64,000 nt of DNA, taken from positions 480,001-544,000 of the forward strand of contig OZ244651.1 in the NCBI GenBank assembly GCA_965218695.1, written 5' to 3'. Below the pieces are notes generated by a model that saw only the letters and a list, made by a program, of their open reading frames with translations, was not told where the DNA came from and searched no databases. Below are positions 45,027-54,779 of this stretch, piece after piece. The DNA comes from Nitrosopumilus sp. (lineage in GTDB: Archaea; Thermoproteota; Nitrososphaeria; Nitrososphaerales; Nitrosopumilaceae). Position numbers and translations under genes: made by a program. The number at the start of each line of letters is the position of its first letter. The stretch's first letter is position 1.

Positions 45027-46114
45027 TAGTGTCGATCAAAAGTTTTTTACATTTAGGGACTTTCTACAGATAAACTCCATTACGTCAATCCTTGGACGCG
45101 CGGTCCTGAAATACTCCGACATCGCGTTGCGCATCTGCACTATCGTGGCATAGTACTCGGACACCAGCACGTTACGTTTTGCCTGGTGCCAGTACTCCTC
45201 CACGCCGCTAAGCTCGGGCGTTGCAGCTGGAAGCCACATGACCTTGATGTCGGGATTTTCCTTTAGAAATTTCATCACGATCCTTGACTTGTGTTGTGGC
45301 GCATTATCCATGATTACGACCACCTTTCCAAAATGCCTGACCAGATCCTTGAGATACTGCAGGACCGTCTCCTTGTCAAATTTTTCATGCGTCCTGAAGA
45401 ACTGCCTGCCGTCTGTTACAATGGAACCGTATGCCACCACCTTTCCGTGCCGTCCCTTGTATGTCGTGACAATCGGCTCGCCTTCTGGCGACCAATACTT
45501 TACGCCCGATGCCGGATCGTCTACAAATATGGCCTCGTCAAAGACGACTGGGAGAAAACCCTTCTCTTGCAGGCGTGAAATCCGCCTTTTGGCGTTGCGC
45601 TGCCACTGCCTGATCTTTTTGATCTCTGGCCTGTTGACGTGGATGCGCTGGACCGTCTTGGCAGACAGGCCAAGCCTGTGCATTATCTTTGTGACGTTTG
45701 AAATGTGGTATGTCACCTTGAATTCTTTGCGTATGTTTTCTTTGAGCTGCTTTGGAGTTGTGATGCTGCCAGTCCTTGCTGCAAGCCCCGCAATCTTCTC
45801 AAGCCCGACCTTGGGCGGCCTGCCCGGGCGGGGCCTGTCTTCCAGGCCTGCAAGACCCTCGCTATCAAAATGCCGGACCCAGCTTGTGACAGTGTGCGGG
45901 TCGCAAAAGCACAGTGATGCCACCTCGGATACGCCCAGCCCCCTGATCTTGACCATGCAGACGGCGTGGATCCTGTCCTTTATGGTTCCCCTCTTCTCTT
46001 TCTTGTAGGCCTGGATTAACAGCTTTTTGCTTTTTTCATCCATGTGGGCGGTAGTGCGGAGTGATCAAAAAATGTTACGCTCAGACTGACGTAGAAGACT
46101 TTTGATTGACACTA
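45027..46114 (-). mobile_element. IS630-family element, intact transposase 45036-46043
   Basis: IR TAGTGTCGATCAAAAG / CTTTTGATTGACACTA; TA TSD; FDEA, MDNAPQH and PELSGVEE motifs. Confidence 0.95.
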
Positions 46115-46358
46115 TACCCTGGACCGGTTCACCAAAGCATTTGAGGCCTGGCTCGCGCTGCACAACCGCGTATGGAACGCCGCAGTCGACCTGGCAAACT
46201 CCGCTGACCCGGATGCAGACCACCGAGGCAGGATAATCATGGCCCAGGTATTCTACAAAAAAGGCATCGATACCATAAACGCACAACTCTAACCCCCCTT
46301 CTTTTTCTTTATTCTAAATACACATAATATTTATATTATATATTACCGTATAATATGT

Positions 46359-46449
46359 ATGAAGATCCATTTCCAGCAGGCCAAACTTCTTGATATTGAC
46401 GGTGCCCATGTGTACGAGACGCCTGCAGGAAGACGCTATCCCAGCATTA
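46359..46449 (+). pseudogene. N-terminal fragment of a PD-(D/E)XK (Cas4-like, phage-type) exonuclease
   Basis: MKIHFQQAKLLDIDGAHVYETPAGRRYPSI matches the Y.TP.G..YPS(V/I)T start of phage exonucleases; similarity ends where the TnpB remnant begins. Confidence 0.5.
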
Positions 46450-46757
46450 GGTATTGTTAACTTATCGGGACCTGCCGGCATACCGGCAGCTCCGAGCAAT
46501 TTGAGCTATCATCAGACGGCCGCGAGCCTGCGGTTCCTTCCTTGGAAGCCCGAACAAACGGGCGCCGTCCTCGTGCTTGACGACGGCCATACCTGCCGCC
46601 GCGCCGCCGCGAACCGATATGTTCACGGAGGCGTTTTCGTCCGCGTTGATTGCGAACCTGCAACACGTGCAGTGAAAGTCTGCCTGGTTTTCCCTGGATC
46701 TGGAATCTATGGTTCCGCACCGGCAGCATCTTTGGGACGTGTACTGCGGCGGGCACG
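46450..46757 (-). mobile_element. tnpB: TnpB (IS200/IS605 or IS607) 3' remnant
   Basis: Frame not in the ORF track: PPQYTSQRCCRCG...FHCTCCRFAINADENASVNI, the TnpB Zn ribbon and RuvC-III signature. Confidence 0.85.
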
Positions 46758-46811
46758 GTTTATAGTAATTAATTACTATAACTATTTAAATCAGCCACGC
46801 ATAATCAATAC

Positions 46812-47006
46812 ATGGGAAAAGCAACCGTAACCACCGTGTCGGTAAAGGCGTACTGCGACAACTGCAAGAGCATATTTACCCCGCGCATAAACAGGAAGGT
46901 CCACACGTGCCCTGACTGCAGGACTGCAGTCATGGGGGCAGAAGATGTTCCGCTGCGCGGCCAAAAAGTGAATACCGTGATTGACACGAAGATAGAGGCA
47001 GCATAG
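46812..47006 (+). CDS. 64-aa Zn-ribbon microprotein
   Basis: CDNC...CPDC; TTTAAA box about 25 nt upstream. Confidence 0.65.
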   Translation: MGKATVTTVSVKAYCDNCKSIFTPRINRKVHTCPDCRTAVMGAEDVPLRGQKVNTVIDTKIEAA

Positions 47007-47153
47007 CCGGATTTTTGTAATCGGCTGTGCTGTCCGTTTGAACGCGAGGCGTCCATGGCAGCAATTTGTATGGACGGCCTGCTGGTTCCTGCGGCGCGGT
47101 TTTCGTTCAGCTTGATTGGCAACCTGTAAATAAAAAAAGAAAGCCTTGCGGCA

Positions 47154-47300
47154 TTACGGTTTTGCGCCGCATTTGGGGCAGCCGTTGGCGACCCAATCAT
47201 CTGCGTCGATCTGCATCTGGTCATCACCTTTCTCGGTTCGCGGGTACGTCTTGGTGTATCCGCATTTCGGGCACGGCCTGGGTGTTCCTCCAAGTGTCAT
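47154..47300 (-). CDS. 48-aa double-CPxCG microprotein
   Basis: MTLGGTPRPCPKCG...GCPKCGAKP; CTTATA box upstream and T-rich tract downstream. Confidence 0.65.
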   Translation of the reverse strand: MTLGGTPRPCPKCGYTKTYPRTEKGDDQMQIDADDWVANGCPKCGAKP

Positions 47301-47443
47301 GGCCACATGGTTTGGAAATGGTATAAGGGGGTGGCCGGCGGTCACACGTTATATCATGTTGAATGTTTCGCCAAACCCGCATTCATGGTGGTCATTTGTA
47401 TAGAGATGGTAATTGTTTTTATCTGCCAGGCTGGAGTACGGAG

Positions 47444-48097
47444 GTGTTGGATGACATTACAGGAATCGTTATGACGATAAGGGAAAAAATCGAATCCAAT
47501 GAGAACATGTTTCGTAAAAACGAGATGATGACAAGGTACACGCTGGTGGATCCGCTCCTGAGGGGGATTGGCTGGGATCTGTCAGATCCAGGGACGGTCG
47601 TGCCGGAGGAGGGCTCCGTAAAGGGTGCCGGAAAGACGGATTATACAATGTTGGGAAGCACGCAGACACGCAACCGACCCGGAACCAATGATGCGGTTTT
47701 TCCGGACGCGCTGCCCGTCCTGGTGGTGGAAGTGAAAAGCCTCGGATCCCGTCTTGACAGTTCGGCAGTCAAGATTGTCCACTACATGGAGACGCGCGGA
47801 ACCAGGCACGGCGTGCTCACGGACGGCAGAAAATGGAGAATATACGAGGATCCGTCTGCAAAGGCCGGATGGCAGAAGCCAAAAGAAACAGTAACTGGCG
47901 GAAGTCTGATGGCGGAATTAAATAGCGCAGTCAGGACGTCTGATTATTTGAGGATGGACGGGACGGATGGCAAAAACCTGAAAGTGGAGTTTGACATGGT
48001 GGAGGATTCAGTCGAGACGATCGTCACGACGGCAGCACTCTTTGGCAGTCACGCAGTGAATTCCCCACATGGTTTTCCGGATCAACCCGGCCGTTAA
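47444..48097 (+). CDS. HsdR N-terminal-like (PD-(D/E)XK) restriction endonuclease domain protein
   Basis: NE..TR..LVDPLL..IGWD, VVPE, TDY, VEVKS and GVLTDG..WRIY motifs. Confidence 0.8.
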   Translation: MLDDITGIVMTIREKIESNENMFRKNEMMTRYTLVDPLLRGIGWDLSDPGTVVPEEGSVKGAGKTDYTMLGSTQTRNRPGTNDAVFPDALPVLVVEVKSLGSRLDSSAVKIVHYMETRGTRHGVLTDGRKWRIYEDPSAKAGWQKPKETVTGGSLMAELNSAVRTSDYLRMDGTDGKNLKVEFDMVEDSVETIVTTAALFGSHAVNSPHGFPDQPGR

Positions 48098-48235
48098 CTT
48101 AAGGCGGCGCATTCAGACGGCTCTGGTAAATTCGAGTGATCTGATTACCGAAATTTACCAGAACTGAAATACTGCCCAAACGCACTTCGCGACGCTGACG
48201 ATTTCTGAAATCCCCCCTTATATTCAAACCATTTC

Positions 48236-48586
48236 ATGAAGTCAATGTTTAACAAAGAGGATAATGCGGACACAGAAGTCGGCAAAATCGGGAAGAAGAT
48301 GATCGTCGGGGCTGTTTTCATCGCGTTTTTTCTAGCAGTCCTTCCTCCCCTCACCGGGGTTGACCTAGTCAACCTATGTGTGAAGGCAGAGGAAGGTCAG
48401 GCAACCGACGCCAATGGATGCAAGACGCTGGAACAGAACAGGTTGAGCGAAGGATACGATAACATCAAACCGTACATAATACTAGGAATGGACATGCTCG
48501 TCGTCGTATTGGTGTTGGCGATGCTGTTCGGGCCGGGCGTGCAGTTGGCCAAATACCAGTTCGTGCCAAAAAATGATTCGCGTTGA
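48236..48586 (+). CDS. Small two-TM membrane protein (pilus/capsid-subunit-like)
   Basis: Two hydrophobic helices separated by a Cys-bridged loop (LCV...NGC). Confidence 0.65.
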   Translation: MKSMFNKEDNADTEVGKIGKKMIVGAVFIAFFLAVLPPLTGVDLVNLCVKAEEGQATDANGCKTLEQNRLSEGYDNIKPYIILGMDMLVVVLVLAMLFGPGVQLAKYQFVPKNDSR

Positions 48587-48959
48587 CAGGCCATTTGCCC
48601 TGGCAGCCGGTGCCCTGTTTTTTTATTTTGTCCTGAATCAAGAATGTCCTGTGGCGTTGATCCCGGCGCTGGCAGGAATCTGGGTATTGGGAGCTTATGC
48701 CGACTTGAAATCCACATTCGATCGTCCCAATATGATGAAGTACGAATCAAACAAACTGCTCACGGGTTGCATACGGCGGTACGGGACCAGGCGCGCCGTA
48801 TCAGTAACCATTTCCTATGAAATTGGGCTCATGGCACTGTTGTCCGTATTGATGAACCGGCCGATGGGATTCGATGCGGCTGATTTTGCGTTCGTTGCCG
48901 GCGTTTTTGGTATGTATCATCTGTATTGCGTGCGCTCAAATAATAATTTCAAAGCCTGA
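48573..48959 (+). CDS. Membrane protein, DUF5658-like
   Basis: Four hydrophobic segments with DLKST...ESN motif; overlaps the upstream gene. Confidence 0.55.
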   Translation: MIRVDRPFALAAGALFFYFVLNQECPVALIPALAGIWVLGAYADLKSTFDRPNMMKYESNKLLTGCIRRYGTRRAVSVTISYEIGLMALLSVLMNRPMGFDAADFAFVAGVFGMYHLYCVRSNNNFKA

Positions 48960-49634
48960 TTATTTGGCAGTGGTCTTGGCCGTGCAAAGCGTGTTACCAT
49001 CAGCTGAAAATACTTCGACCAAGTAGCCTGATTTTTTGCTTACCGGACTGCCAAAATCCTCCGTGTCGCTCCAGGCATGCGACCCAAACTCGGCAATATT
49101 CTCCGGTCCGATGTCCGGCTCCCACGGCTTGTCTTCCACCTTTATATGCATGGAAAATTCCTTGCTCCAGGTGCCGCTGTTCTGCGCCTCCACGACGTAG
49201 TATATGTTGCTGGAATCAACATCGAATACGTCAAACCTCAATATCTCACACGACTCCTGCGTCATGAGCGTGTCTGCAAGTCCGCTGCCGAACGTGTACG
49301 CGATTGCCACGCCTGCTATCGATGCGCCTACGAGCATCATCATGCCTGCGATCTCGGTAACCATGCGGACGCGGTGGCGGACACGGCCGCGCCTGGGCGG
49401 GTCTATGAAGCACGGGCTGCGCCTGATTAATTTATCATTGATGTACAGGTCCAAGACGTAAAGCCTGCCGTCCGGCGTGTTTTTCAGGACGACGAGTTTC
49501 ATGGCATGGCCGTTTATATCGATGGATTCGCCGGGTTTCAGCACGCGCACGCGTTCTGCAAGATCAGCCGGCTTTTGTACCAAGTGCCTGCACATCCAGA
49601 GGAAGTGCCCGTAGCGTTTGTTTTTTTCGATCAT
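48960..49634 (-). CDS. Pilin-like protein (pilin part starts at MVTEIAG, 49364) with N-terminal extension
   Basis: Arg-rich stretch then TEIAGMMMLVGASIAGVAIAY helix, EAQNSG motif; lies just downstream of the VirB4-like gene. Confidence 0.55.
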   Translation of the reverse strand: MIEKNKRYGHFLWMCRHLVQKPADLAERVRVLKPGESIDINGHAMKLVVLKNTPDGRLYVLDLYINDKLIRRSPCFIDPPRRGRVRHRVRMVTEIAGMMMLVGASIAGVAIAYTFGSGLADTLMTQESCEILRFDVFDVDSSNIYYVVEAQNSGTWSKEFSMHIKVEDKPWEPDIGPENIAEFGSHAWSDTEDFGSPVSKKSGYLVEVFSADGNTLCTAKTTAK

Positions 49635-50849
49635 TGTTTCACCGCGGCTGCGTGTCGAAATACTTTGTCGTTTCCTCTTCGGTGGCCTCGAACTTTATCT
49701 TGACGCGGTGTTTTTCAGTTATCATCAGGCCCTGACCCTTGGAGAAGCGGGTCAGCCTTTCCTTCTCCTCGTCTGTAAGTTTCATTACCTCCTGGGCATT
49801 TTTTGCCGCGTCCTCTTCAAGGCCCATCAGGATTTTCGTCCCCACGTTGTCTATCATCTTGCCCTCGGCGCCACGGTCGTGGGATATGTCGTCGACTCGC
49901 TGCGAGATGAAGACGAAATACACGCCGTGTTTTCTGCCCGTCCTGACCATCTGTTCAACATACGACATGGCACCGCGCATCTTGCCAAGCAGCCAGCCCT
50001 CATCTATCACGATTATCTTCCGGCGGTTCTTGGGCAACCCCAGCACGCGGTTCCATATCTTGTTCAGTACGAGCAAGAGTATGAGGATCTCGTGCGGCTT
50101 GCCTGTGGCGTTGTCCAACGAGATGATGGTACGGTCGGTAATTTTTGATTCGCCTTTCATGATGTTTGCCAGTGGCCCGTCGACCAGGTGTTCGAGGTAT
50201 TTTTTGGCATCAACGCTCACTTTGTCATACATGTCATGCACCGATTTCACCTTGTCGGCATGTTTGTAAAACTCGTTTGCCACCGCCTTGTCCTTTTCAT
50301 CGGCTTCCGTGACGCTTGCCAGGATGCCGGCAGCGTCGGCCGGATCTAGAATCTTGAACGGGTCGATCCCGAGCTCCTTGTCGCTCGTAATTATCATGCC
50401 GTCAAGGCCATAGTATTCGCGGTGGTGGTAATACTCATTGTTCGGGTCGATTATGAACACGGCCGGGCCTTCCTGCGTCCCGTCCTCGTCAAACAGCCGC
50501 TGTATCAGCCTCTTGATGAATATTTTCGCCGTAAACGACTTGCCGGAACCGGTGGTGCCTATGATTACGATGTTTCCGTTGGTACGCCTCATGATATCAT
50601 AAATGATCGGACCGCCGGAATCCATATTGTATCCCAATATCACTCCGTTGGGCGTCTCTATCATCTCGGCCGAAACGAATGGATACACGATGCTGAAAAA
50701 CGACTGGTCGCACGTGATGTAATGGGTCCACTTGCCATAATACAACATCCCCTGCCGGCTGACCGTGGCATCAAACATGCCGCCAATTACCCGCAGGTTT
50801 TTCTTAAAGTCCTTGGTGTTGGCTTTCAGATCCTTGAGTGTCTTACCAT

Positions 50850-53500
50850 AGAAAATATGCGTAATCCGGAACTTTTTCAAACTCCGCGCTGACATGTTAG
50901 CCCTGCTGTCAAAAATTTATGATCCATCCAATTAAAACCAGAATATGCCGGTTCATACTGTTGTCGAATCAGGAAACAAGTGACCTGCAAAAAGAGAACA
51001 AGGCTCTCAGATACATGATCAAGCGCCAGGACGCTGACATCAAGCGCCAGGACGCTGACATCAAGCGCCAGGACGCTGACATCAAGCGCTTGGAGGCAGC
51101 CGCCAAGCACGAGCAAAGCCTGTGGAGCACGCGGGACGGCTCCGAGTCCGGAGCCGCAGGGGAGCCCGCCCTGCTGCACCGCGTGGAGGTGTTTGACGAC
51201 GTCATCGGCGTCGGGAAGAAGCTTCATGACGCGACGCTGAAGGGCAGGGGGCAATTCCAGTACATACTTGACAGGGCCGAGGCATGGATAAGACAAAGCG
51301 GCAAATCCCCGCTCTTCAGGAACGACGAGACGAGGGCGTCGGATCCCGGGAACCGCTGCAAGCTGTACCCAAGGCACGCGCTACTCATGTCACTGATGTA
51401 CAAAAAGGGCAACCCCACGCAGGGCGCGCTTGCGGCATTCTTTGGAATAGACCAGGCGACCGTGTCCCGGTATATCGATGTACTATACTGACGATCAAAA
51501 GTTTGTGCACAATGCCTCATATTTTCGGCTGGTAAATTTGAGGATGTCAAGCTTGAACCTGGCGGTTCGATAATACAACGAAACTGCCCGGTGCATGTCC
51601 TGAAATGTCCGGTAATATTCCGAGACGAGCAGGACGCGCTTTCCTTGGTGCCAGCATTCCTCCATCGCGTTGAGGTACGGCGAGCCCTTTGGCAGATAGA
51701 TCATCTTGACATCCCTGTTGCTGCGCAGAAATTCCTTTACCAGTTTTGAGCGGTGCTGCGGGGCCCGGTCTGCCGTCACTACCACCTTGCCAAAATGCCG
51801 GTGCAGATCCTTGAGGTATCTGACAAACGTGGGTCCGTCAAATTTCTCGTACGTCCGGAAAAACTGCCTGCCGTCTTTTGCGATCGAGCCGTACGCTGCG
51901 ATCCTCTTGTGGCTGCCGGTGTACGGCACGCTTATGGGATGGCCCACCAGGGACCAATATTTACGGCCGACTATCACGTCGTGTATGAAGATTGCCTCGT
52001 CCTCCATTACCGTGGTAAATCCCTCCTTTTCTAGGCGTGAAACGCGCTTGTTGAAGCGGTATTTCCAGTTCTGCACGGCCTTTTTGTTGGCCCTGTTAAC
52101 ATGGACTTTCCGTGGTGCCTTCGGGGACAGGCCGTACTGGTGCATGATCTTCCTGACGTACGTGATGTGAAGCTTTACGCCCGTGTCATGGTGTATGTTC
52201 TGTTGCAGTTCCGAGGGCGTGATTTTATGGCATGCCGTCTTTGCAATTATTCCGTCGATGACGTCTTGCGGGATCTTTCTGGGCCGTCCGCATCTGGGAA
52301 GATCACGGAGGCCTTGCAGGCCTCCGTCATCGAAGCGGCTCAACCAGTTGCGGACCCAGTTTGGGCTCCGTCCTTGGATGTCGGCAGTCTCCTCCACGGT
52401 CATGTTGAACACGCGAACCATGCGTACCGTGACCATCCTAGCCCGAACCTTGTGGTCTTTTTCTTTTTTGCACGCTTTTTTTAGTTCTTCCAGTTTGGAG
52501 TCGTCCATGTCTCCATGAAAGAAAGTCTGATCTAGAAACTTTGCGGTTGGCTAGGGCATTTGCTCAAAGACTTTTGCGTGTCAGTATAGACGGGGTGCTT
52601 GAGGCGGCGCTGCCCACTGCTGCCAACATATCAAAGGAGATAGCAGGCACGGAGACAAAAGAGGATCTCAAAAAAATAATTTCCGGGCCTGACGGGGGCA
52701 TCATGATGATCGACGGCACGCACTGCCCCATACAGAGGCCGGACGAAAAACAGATGAGGAGCATGATGTATTCGGGCAAGAAGAAGAAATTCACGCTCAA
52801 CACCACAGTCTGCATAAATGAAAACGGGGTGATAGTCGCCATATCCGGCAGCACCGTGGGATCCGTCCACGACATCACGCTGCTCAGGGAGAGCCCGCTG
52901 CCGTTTGGAAAATGGTGGGACCGCATGTGCGACGAGGACACCCCCGAAGAGGACAGGATCCACACCCTTACTGACCGCGGCTACAAGGGAATCGCAAAGG
53001 ATCTGCCCGGCACAAACACCCTGCAGCCGCACAAGAAGACCAAGAACCACAAGCGCTTTACAAAGGAGGAAAAGGAGCACAACCACGCCGTCAACTCGGC
53101 CAGGGTAAAGGTGGAGCACTCCATCGGCAGGCTGAAGCGGTACGGCCGGCTTACCGCGCCATACAAAGGAAAGATTGGCGACTTTAACAGGGAATTTAAC
53201 ATAATAACCGGACTCGTAAACCTGGACCTCCTGTGGAACCAGATGAAGAAAGGACCTCCTTCAGGTAGCACGCTGGGGCCGGTAATAAACTGGGAAGAGG
53301 CAAACGTCCCCGGCAGCGCCGTTTCAAACAATTAATTCCGTGCACATCGCGGTGCTGCAAGGCTGCGCACGTTATTTTGTATTTCTGGCAGGACAGGATC
53401 CCCACATGGCTAACATGGCGAGAATTAAATCAGAATTTTTAATATTTTCTGGGTTTTTCTGGTTTAACCCAACGAAATGGAGGGATTACGCATGGCTTCT
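50850..53500 (+). mobile_element. IS5-family (DDE_Tnp_4) element, transposase about 50919-53335 split by IS630
   Basis: IR AGAAAATATGCGTAATCC / GGATTACGCATGGCTTCT; 3-bp TSD CAT; IDGT, YSGKKK, DRGYKG and RVKVEHSIG motifs; frame YIDVLDGVL restored. Confidence 0.9.
51486..52586 (-). mobile_element. IS630-family element, intact transposase 51495-52508
   Basis: IR TACTGACGATCAAAAGT / ACTTTTGCGTGTCAGTA; TA TSD; EDEA, ADRAPQH and SPYLNAMEE motifs. Confidence 0.95.
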
Positions 53501-54228
53501 CATATACCATGGCAGTCATGCCGAACCTGTAAATCTTGTCCATGCCCTTGTGCAGCCCCTCCTCGACGCTCTCGGCCTGCCTGAATTCCTCGGCGGCCCT
53601 CTTGTCGGTTTCTGCGCGCTTAATCAGCATGGAACGCTTCCGCCTCATGGTGTTGAGCGCGTCCTCTTTTTCCATCGGGTTTATCCAGACGTCAATCTGG
53701 CCGCACGTTGCAAATACTTCGTGCACCCACGCCCAACGAAGCTGCGCCGGCACGTCGTACAGTGCCAGGCAGCGAACATGCCCTTCCGGGTATTCGATGT
53801 ACCCGAGCTTTTCCTTGGTAAACCGGATCCTCTGGTGCTCACCGTCTACCGTGTATTCGTAGAGCAGCGAATCCAGTATGGATGTAAGTGGCTCGTTTGA
53901 GGCCACCAGCACCTGCAGCACGTGGCGTTCCTCTGTCTTGCCTGCAACCAGCAGCGGGACGGCCTTGCGGGTAAACGTTATGCGGATGGGTTTTTCAATG
54001 GAGCGCAGCAGGTCGAAAAAGTTGCCGAGTTTTTGCCTCTGTTTTTCCACCGACAGGGAGTGGAAGTTCGACGCGTCTATGGTGTAAAAGTACTCGAATT
54101 CGCCTTTCCTTTTTTGCTGCTTCTGTTTTGCCGGCACGATTTGAAAATTTGCGTGGCTTAAAAGGGGGGATTATCGGCCGGTGGCTGGTCCGGATTTAGC
54201 TCTTTTACCATTTCCTGCCAATCAACCC

Positions 54229-54384
54229 ATGCCAAAATGCATTCGTAACGGTTGTAAAGCTGACGCGTCCAAGTTGGGGCGCTGCAGTTGCGGCCACTAC
54301 ATGTGTACAGAACATGCCTGGCACACCGACGGCAAGAACGTATCGTGTCCTGGCTGTACGCGCCCTCCCCCAAGATCCAAATAA
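54229..54384 (+). CDS. 51-aa Cys/His Zn-finger microprotein
   Basis: MPKCIRNGC...CSCGHYMCTEH...CPGC. Confidence 0.6.
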   Translation: MPKCIRNGCKADASKLGRCSCGHYMCTEHAWHTDGKNVSCPGCTRPPPRSK

Positions 54385-54453
54385 TGCTTGATCTTTTTTT
54401 GAATGGACGCTGTCCTGGTTGTTCAGACAGTTATAGCGCAATTACTATAACCG

Positions 54454-54720
54454 TTACTTGGTAATCGTGTTCTTCGGAACAAGTTTGAGGTGCTTGGTAA
54501 AGTCAAATGCCGCGTCGCAGCGCGTGCATGTCGCGGTCCGACGCCGGTGATCCGTGACGAGCCGGTTCTTGCCGCCGCAGGAGGGGCATACCACGTGCAT
54601 CGGCATGTCGCAGCATTCCAGGCACATGTGATCCGATCCCACCAAAATCACGAATTTCGCGCCACATATCTTGCATTTTGGCGCGAAAAAATGAGCCTTG
54701 CCACAGCCACAATTTGCCAT
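54454..54720 (-). CDS. 88-aa multi-CxxC Zn-finger protein
   Basis: CGCG, CKIC, CLEC, CPSC and CTRC motifs. Confidence 0.65.
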   Translation of the reverse strand: MANCGCGKAHFFAPKCKICGAKFVILVGSDHMCLECCDMPMHVVCPSCGGKNRLVTDHRRRTATCTRCDAAFDFTKHLKLVPKNTITK

Positions 54721-54779
54721 GCCACGGAGCACCCGGAATGATAAAAGGCCCTTTTATGTCCAGTGACGGCATGGGGTGA

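Larger units (their letters stand above)
44672..46292 (+). pseudogene. Zn-binding domain + (TPA)17 linker + helical domain protein, split by IS630
   Basis: FDSTCSGC...WCKDPNC; removing 45027-46116 gives the frame QPAPTLDRFTKAFEAW...NAQL-stop, followed by a T-rich terminator. Confidence 0.8.
49639..54137 (-). pseudogene. virB4: VirB4/TraC-like conjugative ATPase (about 614 aa reconstructed) split by nested IS5 and IS630
   Basis: GTTGSGKSF Walker A, IIDPNNEY, IVIDEGW Walker B, GRKHG and ISQ motifs; frame AMVYGKTLKDL restored on removing 50850-53503. Confidence 0.88.

Noticed and set aside
44703-45039. Poly-LVL, poly-QQH and poly-AGV ORFs
   Set aside because: Alternative frames of the 9-bp repeat; only the TPA frame joins a sensible N-terminal domain and continues in frame past the IS630.
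30528-48097. Methylase, helicase and HsdR-like gene as one restriction-modification system
   Set aside because: The genes are scattered over 17 kb in different orientations with no HsdS or Mod-Res arrangement.
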